A stretch of 49,807 bases of DNA, filler included, from Ionaspis alba (Eukaryota): the NCBI GenBank assembly GCA_964255285.1. It is 2 parts of 2 records of this genome, joined end to end, with 100 filler letters (N's around TTAATTAATTAA, not from the genome) between each part and the next. Parts side by side here need not be neighbours in the genome. Positions count along the whole stretch, not along the records: positions 24,972 to 49,807 come from CAXUUL010000165.1; 1 more part is not named here. One strand, written 5' to 3'. Positions 39,705 to 49,807 of this stretch are shown here, in pieces. Below the pieces are notes generated by a model, which searched no databases, was not told the origin of the DNA, and was given only the letters and a program-made list of their open reading frames with translations. The stretch's first letter is position 1; each line of letters starts with the position of its first letter. The position numbers and the translations under genes are program-made.

Positions 39705-41365
39705 CTACGCCGGAACGTCCGGATGCATCTTGTCTAATGCACTCTTTCCCGCGGCTTCCACGGCTTTCAGCAAACCGTCCACTGTGCCTCTACTGGTGTT
39801 CCTATTCACAACCACTCGGAAAAATTTGCCCTTTCCTCCAGGCGCATAATCAACCATAAAACCATCTCGGATCAATATCTTAGCGATATCAGTCGTCGCT
39901 TTTGAGTTTCCTTCTACGTCGGGACACAACTCCCCTTTCGGAGCATAATAAAAACAAACTTGGAGGCATGGAGGTGGATTCGACGATACCAGCTTGAGGC
40001 TGGGATGCTCGAAGATCGCCTGTGCCATATATGCGGCAGTGTCGAAGGCCCTATCGATTTGTGCAGCGTAACCTTCCCTACCATAGAAAATCCATCCGAG
40101 TGCTAGTTTGAGCGAATCACCCCTTCGGCCACACTGTAGCGTCAGGTCCGCTAGGTCATAAGGCTCGGCATCCTCATTCGACTGCAAGCCATCGTGGAAT
40201 AGATATCCCGCGCGGAGTGTGTTTGCCCTGTGGAATTGCCGCATGTCGGCTCCCAGAAGGAATGAGCACGTGATGGGCACACCCAACATCTTGTGTGGGT
40301 TGATGGCTATCGAATCGGCCTTGGCTGAGCCTTTCATTCTACAGGCGTGCTTAGGCGAAAAGATTGCAGGTCCACCCCATGAAGCATCGATATGAAGCCA
40401 TATATTATGAGTCTTGCAGATGCTGGATATTTCCTCGAACGGGTCGTAAGACCCAAGGACGGTGGTTCCGGCAGTGCAATTGACGTAGAAAGGGGTGAAA
40501 CCCTTGGACTTAGATTTTTCGATCTCGGCATTCAGCTCTGTTGGCCGCATCCGGCCGTCCTCGTCGACCGCGATTGACCGAACAGCAGCACTTCCAAACC
40601 CGAGCATCTGAGCTGCTTTTTCGATACTGTAGTGACCATGAGTGCTAGTGAAGAGGACCAACCTACGGTCAGCCGCAGAGTTGCCATGTTCCTTTGTATC
40701 TGGATACAACGTGTTCCGAGCAATGACGATTGAAGTGGTGTTGGAGGCTGAGCCGCCCTGAACGGAGATGCCTCCCGCGTGAGGCCCCGATAGACCAAAC
40801 AGGTCCGCAAGTGCCTTTCCCGTTGTCTTTTCAATGATGGTTAGTGCAGGCGAGACTTGATACACGTGGACGTTGGTGTTCAAAACAGCAAGAAGGAGCT
40901 CAGACACTACCCCGACAGCATTTGTTGAAGCGTATAGCTTGTCTAAGAATCCCTGATCCCATGTATTCACCGAATATTGCAATACTTCCTGGATAGTCTT
41001 GAGCAAACCATCTTGTCCCTGTCCTCGATCAGGTAATGACAGACCAAGGAGCTGGACCAATTTCTGCGGCTTATGGTATTCTACAAGTGAAGTTCGAGGA
41101 CCTCCTCCATCGACTGAGAGGCCATGCCCGGTATGCTTGGTGCCGGCATCTTCATCTGCCGCCCTTATGTAGGGAATTATCAGTTTTTGGACGGCATCAA
41201 GAAGCTGTAGAAGTCAGCCAAGCGTTCCTGAAATCATGATGAATTTCCTATCCGTATCTACAATCAAAGGAACGATTGACTGACAATGGAGACCTCCTGC
41301 GCTCGGTCGTGTATATCTTCCTTAGAAGCAGAAAGGTCCGGCACGGTTGTGTGCTCGGCATTCAT
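39705..41365 (-). CDS. Group II PLP-dependent decarboxylase (glutamate/aspartate/cysteine-sulfinate decarboxylase-like), 2 exons (41365-41285, 41204-39705)
   Basis: YSVNTWDQGFLDKLY, QGGSASN, HYSIEKAA, TAGTTVLGSYDP, WLHIDASWGG, PLP-lysine motif NPHKMLG, LTLQCGRRGD. Substrate cannot be determined from sequence here. Confidence 0.9.
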
Positions 41366-42695
41366 ATCTCAATCTCATGGACACGGAGAAAGAAAGCCGC
41401 ACAGATACGTGCTAGAATAACGAACGATCGACGAGACTTTAGAAATCGCGTACGATGAATCTACACAATAATTTCTTCGAGTATCTTACTTGTCGTGACC
41501 AGCAACACGGGCAATTTTTCGTCGAGGATTACGACAAGACCACATGTTTGACGTCATCAGCTAATTTTGATTCCCCAACGCTTGCGATATTTGCTGTGGC
41601 ATCTCGTCGTACTCTACCAATCTCAATAGTAGTTGACGAGCATCACTACTTCCGATGAAGAGACCAGAACAAGAATCTGATCAACGAGATGGAAGTTCGT
41701 AGAACAAGGGCATATTAGCAGCTTGGAAGTCATCCACACATCTTTGCGCCTTGATTAATACTACTGGACTGGAGATTGGTCCTGTTCTTGCGTTCCTCCT
41801 ATACACCTATTTGTGATACGCATACTGCCACATCATGTTCATATATAGCTGGTAGAGCAAGAACAAGACCAACTCTATCGAGCGCGCTGCCATTGAGAAA
41901 ACCCTCGGTAAGCTCCTCTCAGCCGGTCGCAATCTACATTAATGCGCCCACACTAGCTGCCCGTTTTTTCTGTCTGGGAGCCTATTTCAGCTATGGCTTC
42001 GTCCTTGCAGTCCGAGATATCAGCTTATGTTGATGAATCAGTGGTAAAGGATAGCATACTCGTAGTTGGTGCAGCTGTATCAACTCGACCTGGAGGTCTA
42101 GGCTGATCATACCGTGCTTCTCATCGCAACCTTACTTTGTGTTGTCGACTTTTATTCGGTGATGTGTATATTAGGAGATAGTATTTCTGTAAGAGATGTG
42201 TACTTATGGTGATGGTGAAGTAGGCTATCGAGAGACTGAGTCAGATCGGTAGAACAAGACTAGCATCCTTCTGCTTTGCGTGTGAAATCAAATTTGATAG
42301 AAAGTATAATGTAGAATCCTCGCACAAAAGACGTTCGGAAGTGGTCCGAGCCAATTCAGACTGCCAAATTGTTTATTTGGTATTCCAGGCCGCGATGTGC
42401 GGGATCAGAAGCATTGCATTGTAAGCTTACCAAAGAGAACAGTTTGAATCTTCACCTCACTCCGAGATAATGACTCCCGCAATTTTACTAATGCAGAATA
42501 TGGCCACCCGGAAGCATACCGGTGGAGAGTCTGTCTAGAGAGTGCGTTCTAGTTTCAAGCAATTGACTGTATCAGGCCCCACGGCTCAACAAGAACTCAC
42601 GATGGTCGGAAGCTTGCAATGCCATGAGTCCAGAACGAGACACTCACCCGAAGAAGATTTGCATGGTGGCAAGACCTGGCATTGAGAGAAAGGAA

Positions 42696-44913
42696 TCATG
42701 CTGAGAAATACTTGCCTTCACCCAAGATTTCCTCGGAAATGTTGAAGTTGCGGCCGTTCCATTGCCTCTTTGTGCCAGTTTGTGTTAATGAGGATGTCAA
42801 ATGTGATCTATCAAGGTCGGCTTTCGCCGTCTGACCGGCCTTCACTGCTGCGTGCCGTTTCCTAGCAAGTTCGATGCGGCTTCTTCCAGAATGCTCGTCC
42901 TTGAGCGATGTACTTGACCTAATCGAATCTCTAAGGTCTTCAGCATCCTTAGCTCGTGATATCCAATCAATCTTGCGCCTCGTGTAAAGATCCATCATCC
43001 AATTTCTCCAGACTGCACGCCCAGAGAACGACTCTCTCAGAGCCGGCTCGCTTTGCTTCAATTCTGCAGCAATGCGCTCTCTCATGAAGACAAGGTCTCT
43101 GGTGGCACTCCAAAATATGTCCACAACGTGTGAGGCAATAGGATCCAAAGCTAGCTCTGTAATGTGGACCATAAGTTTTTGTATGATCTTACGGCGCAGT
43201 GCTTGCGTCTTTCCAGTGCATGTGAGAGTGCGTTGTACCACGTATGTTGCACTTCGATCTTTGGCCGTTTCAAGGAGGATCGGAGTCTTCATATCAAGTA
43301 AGGCATCCATGACCAAGTCTCGTAATGGACCTGGGGCTTCAAGCATAGACTGCGCCAACAGTGACCCGTGCAGCTTACCGACGTCTTGAGCGTCGAGTTG
43401 TGCTTTACGCTGATGCGACAATGCTTCTCCGTCAGTGTTGTGTAACTTCAGCATACGCAAAAGCACATTCAACCTGTTGCCCTCTTCATTCGAAACGAGG
43501 GCATCTGCGATCGGCTGGGTATCGACACCCCGAACAACGCACCGTTCTATCAGTGTCTTGATTGTGGAAGTTCGCGAGCGTTCCATAAGTAGACTGATCA
43601 CCGGGCAGATCTCCTCGGCCGTACTTCGAAGGTCCTCAGCATTTAGTCTCTCCATTACCCGGGCTACCACAAAGCTGGCAGCCTCATTCTTTACTAGGGA
43701 TAGAAACTTCTCGTGGAAGATGGCACGATATATCGCCTTGAATTCCTTCCCAGGAGCGAATTGTATTAGCGCCTCCATCAGTCGTGAGCCAACTGGATCG
43801 AAAAGGAGTCCTTTGAGGAATGAAGCGCTGGTGGTGCCTTCAAGCAGAGCATCGTCCGGCAAGAGCCTCCGGAAAAGCGACTTCTCGTCTCTTGCCTTCA
43901 CTTTCCCGGACTGGGAGAGCTCGAGCGCAAGTAGCAGCTGCAAGACTGGATTACCTATTGGATGAGTCGCTAAAGCCCGCAGGAAGTTAGTGTCTAGCCC
44001 AGCGATTGTCCCAGAAACCACCTTGTCCAAGGTATCCTTGAATGATTCCGGGACCGTCCGTAGGACCAGGCCCAGTGCCGGTGTTTGTCGTACTTGACCC
44101 GCAACATCGACACTCTCCTTCCTCTTGCTCTGCAGAAGGGAAGCAGCCAAGGTTCCGGCCAAAGGCCATCCGGACAAGACCACGAGTAGCACACGCAACG
44201 TATGGGACGCAAAATGATCGGTCATGAGGTAACCGAGGTTTCCGTCTAGCTCGTTGATTGTGTATAAGAACAGGTTCTCCATAGACACGTATATCTCTTT
44301 GCTGTCCTCTTCGCTCTCTTTCTCGTCCAAGTGGTCAACCATCTCCTGGGAGACCACAGGAGCCGACTGGATGAACAAGGCCTCACAGCAGTGAGAGGCA
44401 AAGCGATGTTGAACGAGGTTGAGAAAACTGTAAAGCATCAGTCAAGGACCCTAAGCCGCTGGGAGAGCTGCAGTACTGTCCACTGAACTTCTGAAAGAGC
44501 GTCTTGAGCCGGCTCGGTGTCGACAGCTGGATCAATCGCTCCATGAACCTCGAGCAAGACTGGCTGCTCGCAAGCTTCAATTCCTTTCCATTTGCCTCGC
44601 GGTAGACGTTTGCGATGAACAGATCCCGCCCACCAGCATTGTCGAATTGATTGAGCTCGAGCACTGTGTCTACGCGTTTGAAATATGATTGCTCATCTTC
44701 ATCAAGCAAGCCGTAGAACGGTAGCTCCCCGGGTCTGGTCTGATCTTGTTCTGGTAGGGTATGCGATTGTTCTGCTCCGGAATGGACAATTCCTGACATG
44801 GGTTTCACCTCAGACCTCGCCCTTTTTGAGCGATTTGCCTGTCCAGGCTCATGTTCTCCACGTTTGCGCTTTTCCTCTTCGCGCCTTCCGCGCTTCCTGT
44901 TTTCTTTCGGCAT
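42696..44913 (-). CDS. NOP9: Nucleolar protein 9 (Pumilio-repeat 18S rRNA maturation factor), 2 exons (44913-44477, 44427-42696)
   Basis: MPKENRKRGRR start, FYGLLDEDEQSYF, EANGKELKLASSQSCSRFMERL, LVQHRFASHCCEALF, SGRAVWRNWMMDLY. Confidence 0.92.
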
Positions 44914-45318
44914 GCTTCGTATGCCCCGATGCCAGTGTTGGTGGGGTAGTCTTTACGGGTACTTTATGTCGGCGACAACCTGCATCGAATTTCGGCTGCC
45001 GAGTCAAAAGTTCGTTCCGTGAAACTCGGACATGGGCGCCTTATTATTAGTTGGCCATGCTCCCCTAGAAATCAGTGCGCTTAGGCGGCCCCTATTCTCT
45101 GATATTATTTCTGATCATCTCAATCGTAAATCCTTCGCGAGCTAAGTTTCCTTATCCAAGAAAGAAGTGCTTATTCGTAGTATTGTTATCTATCATACGA
45201 GACGGCCCAACTGTCATCCTCGGTCTCGTGCAGGTGAAAGTTCCTTACCTCCACAACCCAGCAACGATAAAGAGATCAATAGATCCGTGATGCGCTACCG
45301 CTTGACTTCTCCGACTCA

Positions 45319-47110
45319 ATGTCAATTTCTCCGACTGCTAGCTCTAAAGCTCCTTATCTTCTCTCATACTGGTCCGCTCCATGGTTCATTCTGACTGTCG
45401 CTCTTGCAGTGTTCACTGTAAGGATGTCTCGCTCTTCCCTTCCTGCGCCACGGCTGGGATATCCGAGAACTACACTGTTTGATCAGGACATTTTTCTATA
45501 TGCTGTCGTTAGTAACTATATGCTTTGTCTTGTTTCGGTCCTCAAGAACGTGCAGATTGTTCCGGTTCTCCGTTTGCTCTCACACAAAAGGTCGGTCCGA
45601 AAGCCGATGACGATTCGTGAGCAGTGCCACATCTATCTGCGAGCGTCTGATTTGTGACTGGTGTGAAGTCCAGCACTGGACCTCAATTCTACTTGGCTGC
45701 TATGGAGGTGCCATTGTCCTAGTAGCACGTATGTTTTCCTTGCCAGACCATGCCACACATCGCGTGATTTCAGCTGAAGTCATCTTCCTGCCACAGCATT
45801 GTGTGGGTATTTCGCCGATCACACCGCCACTCGAAGTCTCCCTCTCCTCCTTGGGCTCTTCGCCTTGCGTGATGCTACAACCATGCTCTGTGTAGGATCT
45901 AGTATCCCTATACTAGCTTTCGGCCGCGTCCTCCAAGGACTTTCTGCTGCTGCGGTTGGTATAGTTGGTCTGGCTCTCCTTGCCGATACAGCCGGCCCGG
46001 AGCATTTTGGGCAGATCATGGGATATGTATCCCTTGCATCCAACGTCGCAGGCTTGGTTGCACCCCTTCTCGATGGTGTGGTTTATGCTAAAGGAGGTTA
46101 CTACGCTGTCTTCGCAATGTGTTTCGGATTGATCGGGTTCGACATCACCTTTCGCTTAGCCATCATCGAAAAGAAATCCGCGGCGCAGTGGGAAGCTATT
46201 CTTGAAGAATCAAGGCTGCAGTCGGAGTCTGGCAGAGAACTTCAGGCGTCCAAGGCGGTTCAGGCAGCAAGCTTAACAGAAACGGCGGAAATGGACATGC
46301 ACAACTCCACTCCACCCATGGCAGCCTCGCCAACTCCTTTTCCGGAACCACTGAGAAAGCAAAAGAAGTCCCAATTCCCCCCCTGGATCACGTTTTTGGC
46401 TTCCTCACGGATGCTGACAGCGCTGTGGGGCATTTTTGTGCAATCTCTGTTCCGAACTGCCTTCGATTCCACCTTACGATTGTTCTGCAAACGCACTTTC
46501 GGGTGGGACTCGACGGGCGCCGGTCTCATCTATCTAGCTTTTGTTCTCCCCACATTTCTTGCGCCCAAGATCGATTCTCTCGCCGACAAGTATGGTCCTC
46601 GCCGCTTTGCAGCCTGTGGTTTCCTTATCACCCTTCCGGTCTCGTCCTCCTCAGATATGTAACATATCGTTCTGTGACACAGATCGTACTGCTTTGTGCC
46701 CTCCTGATCTTCATCGGCTTTAGTCTCTCATTCATCCTTCCACCATTGGGAGCTGATGCAACACAAGTCATCAAAGCAGAGAGAGTCACGCCTGCGTATG
46801 GACAGGCCTATGGACTTATCAACAGTGCATGGGCAGCGGGAACTCTGGTAGGTCCGACCTGGGGTGGCCATGTCGTCGACAGGGCAGGCTGGGCTACTAT
46901 GGGATGGAGTCTTGGCGTGGTGAGTGCAGTCAGCATTGTACCGACTGTAAGTGGTCCTCAGATACGGATTTGCCTGCAAATGCGGTTTAGATCTGACTCC
47001 CTTCTCAGGTCCCCTACACGGGCGGTAATGCATTCAAAGCACGAGACCACTAACAGGGTCGGATCGGCAACCGGAGCAATACCAACCGTTCTGTCGATGC
47101 TGCGATCTAG
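45319..47110 (+). pseudogene. MFS transporter (vesicular amine transporter-like) pseudogene; 3' boundary approximate
   Basis: FILTVALAVFT|DIFLYAV|IVPVL, GRVLQGLSAAAV..VGLALLADT, GGYYAVF, FGWDSTGAGL, AYGQAYGLINSAWAAGTLVGP. Apparent frameshifts near 45571 and near 46640. Confidence 0.75.
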
Positions 47111-47152
47111 TACTAGCAAATGTCTATCCAACCCCATTACCTTTCCTCTGTA

Positions 47153-49072
47153 TCACGATTTCAGGTGCAAATCATAGAACTGCCTCAATCGCCGCAGCAT
47201 ATCTATCATGTCCAGCCTTTCAGGGGCCCTTTGACATGTGTCCTTCAAGTGGATAAATGACAACCTCGCAGGAGATCCCGTGATGTAAGCAACCTCGATG
47301 GAAACTAACCGCTTGGGTGACCGGCACCCTTCCCCGTGAAGAATGAGTACGGGCATCGTCACGTTTTGCACGTGCCAGGTGGGGCTCCCGTGTCTCGCTG
47401 CGGTAGAAGATGCACCCAACTACCAGGGTGCACCACCTGCCAATTCGGCTTCGAAGAAAGGGGCCTCCGAGGTCATCGACATCATGTCCCAATCCGTCAC
47501 TCCAGCGCCACAGACTGCTGCTCTGAAGTGGAAATCTGGGCGCGTAACAGCCAAGTATGAGAGGAAGCCCCCTTGAGATCAGCCACCGATGGCAACCCCT
47601 CTGCCCGTCGATCGTTCCATCGGATACACCGGCTTTCACCAGGGAGATGACATCGTCGTAGTGCTGAGTGCCCATTTCACCTCTAGCGTTACTGGCGAAT
47701 TCCTCGCCCCTAGAACTGCCGCCACACTAGTTGGGACAAAGGACCGCGAAACCCCATGCGACGAGCCAGAGAGCCCAGAAGAAACGACCAATATGAAGGC
47801 TGACCGTATCTCGCCAGTAGGGCCCGCCGTGCACCAAGTCAACCGTCTTTCCAGGGTTTCTTTCGGTCCCGCAGCGGAATCACCAACACACCATCGAGCT
47901 CGGTTCCGTCACTGGCAGTGTAGTAGTGAGGCTGTGCGTTTCCGACGCCGAGCTCAGCAACAGCGCGGCCATGTTGTGATAGTTGACACAGTGTGCTCGT
48001 CGGGCCAACGGAGTAGACTTCCGATGGGGAGGAACCACAACTCTTGCACAGGACCACTATAGGCATTTCGGCTTTGGCAATGACATCCCAAGACGACAGT
48101 TCATACTTCCCATCGTGCGGCACGGGCCCATCCAAGAAATGAATATGATCGGCCAAGCCTGACTGCACTTGAACGGTGTCCGAAGGGCCTGCCTGGCGTA
48201 GATCTGTCGCATCATTCTCCGTTCCGTAAGCATGTCGCGAAGAGTTTCCATCGTGCAAAGTGATCTTGTAGACCGCCAACGAGCCATTACTCTTGTTGAG
48301 TATGGCGCAGGCCAAGAAGTATAGCTGTCTGCCCGACCAGACCAGCTTGGAGGCGCGTCCGGGAAAGTCGCCGATCGGAGACACAGAATGGTCTGATAGA
48401 GGTTCGCTCGAACTTCAGTCCCTTGTGTCCAGAGGAATTTAGATCGGGAGTCTCGTGGAGGATGTAAGCAATCTCGGTGGAGCTCTCGTTCCAGGCCAAT
48501 TCCGCGACGTGGCTCTCCTTTGCGAACAGCGTGGTGTTCTCCCGAGTGGCTACATGTAAACATCATAATCGATTGAAGCCCCAATCCTCGCCGTACACCT
48601 TGGCATCATCCTTGTCCTTTCCTTTGGCTTCCTGTTCAGCAGTCTTTTCATCAGGGCTAAGGAATGCTATGAAAAGACCATTAGGACTCCAGCTAAGCAT
48701 CGAGAGATCTCTCTTGTTGTCTGCCTTGGATATCGGGATAGCTTCGCCGCCTTCGAATGACAGGAGCTAAATTGTAGAGCATTCGCCGTGCTTAGCTCGA
48801 TCGGAGATGAGGGCAATTGCCCTCCCGTCTGTGGACCTTTGAGGCGAGCGATCATTGAACAACCTCGGTGTTAGCTGCCGAGCCGAGTGCTTCTTCCCGA
48901 TTTGTGCGATCCACAAGGAAAAGACGGCGTGCTCCGCTCTCCTTGAAGGCGGGTTGAGCGAGTACACGACCCTTGGCCCGGATGGTGAGAGGCGACCATC
49001 CTGCGGAGTCTCGAGGTCCACCATCACCTCTGCACTCCACGCCTGCGAAGACGCGGGGGCTGTCGAGGTCAT
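47153..49072 (-). pseudogene. Prolyl-oligopeptidase-family (S9, acylaminoacyl/dipeptidyl peptidase-like) pseudogene
   Basis: Beta-propeller-like N-terminus (RLSPSG, ARQLT), VHGGP, nucleophile elbow GG*SQGG with TGA at 47581-47579, VCGAGVTDW, PVLILHGE, YPLEGH; fragments split across several frames. Confidence 0.8.
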
Positions 49073-49149
49073 CGATAACTGTCAGGTTCTCAGAGGGAAA
49101 GTGCTTGGCCACTGAGGGCTTGGACTGAAGTAGCGAAGCACGTGCTTTG

Positions 49150-49807
49150 GTATGAATAGTGCTGGTGAGTAAGGATCTAAATTTACATGAAAAAGATAAC
49201 CTGTACGGTGACTGTTACCAGGAGGTGTAAAAATTACAAAAAACCTTGAAAATGATGTAAAAATGCATAATAACACCCCAAAAATGGAGATATTTCAAGT
49301 CGTATCGTTAACTTTTCAGCGTGCTAATAATGTATCATCGCGTAAGATCAGACTAGAGTTATTATTATTATTATCAAAATTGACGCGTTGAGCCAAAAGC
49401 CCGCGGATTTGTAAGACCTCAGCAGTAATAGATTCGCGAAGCAGCTAAACCTATCACAAACTAGTCTGATTTGCGAATCCACTCAATCTTGCGCGAACTA
49501 ACGTCAGGTTTTCGCGAGGATAAATCTTATATCACTGCAACGTACGGGTCAGGTTGACTGTGTGTGTAAGGTTGTCCAATCATCATCCTCCAAAAGGGAG
49601 GCTATATACTAGCTAGCTACAGGTCCTTCGTCCCTTCTACCATAACAATCACACACCTTTTAATAACAATAATTCATTATATTGCAATGACCAACTCCTC
49701 TGTAGCCTGTCCAGATACCTAGAGCAGCCCTTACAGGATTAATTAATTAAACGACGCTAAAGCATGTATAGGCTTGGCAATCACGTGTTTAACTTCCCCC
49801 CCACGTC
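49150..49807. other. AT-rich non-coding tail, possibly a degenerate or RIP-eroded transposon end
   Basis: Visible drop in GC, A-tracts, (TTA)n run near 49359-49373, clustered TTCGCGA-like motifs, no ORFs in the track beyond 49276. Confidence 0.35.

Overview
Eukaryotic DNA from a filamentous ascomycete (Pezizomycotina-type short GT-AG introns with CTRAY branch sites). The core (~4.2-44.9 kb) is a compact block of mostly housekeeping genes reconstructed exon by exon: HSPA12-like Hsp70, carnosine N-methyltransferase, Poc4-like proteasome chaperone, RPS5, SDA1, a secreted metallophosphoesterase, a small hypothetical protein, prefoldin 4, an ACT-family amino-acid permease, a PP28/PDAP1-like protein, a Ras-like GTPase, the photoreceptor White Collar-1, a second DNA ligase I-type enzyme, TIP20/RINT1, a group II PLP decarboxylase and NOP9. 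Both ends look like decaying DNA: unassignable relics in 1-3.9 kb, and convergent MFS and S9 peptidase pseudogenes plus an AT-rich tail after 45 kb. There are two assembly gaps. The best unexplained signals are a 440-bp MITE with TIRs and an 8-bp TSD 64 bp upstream of SDA1, an F-box gene broken by one TGA, an in-frame stop-free GC-AG intron just after the WC-1 LOV domain, a CAG|GTATGC site in RPS5 intron 1, several non-YAG splice acceptors, and a 20-bp-phased motif array. I found no convincing novel multi-gene system. Family calls come from motif recognition, not database searches.
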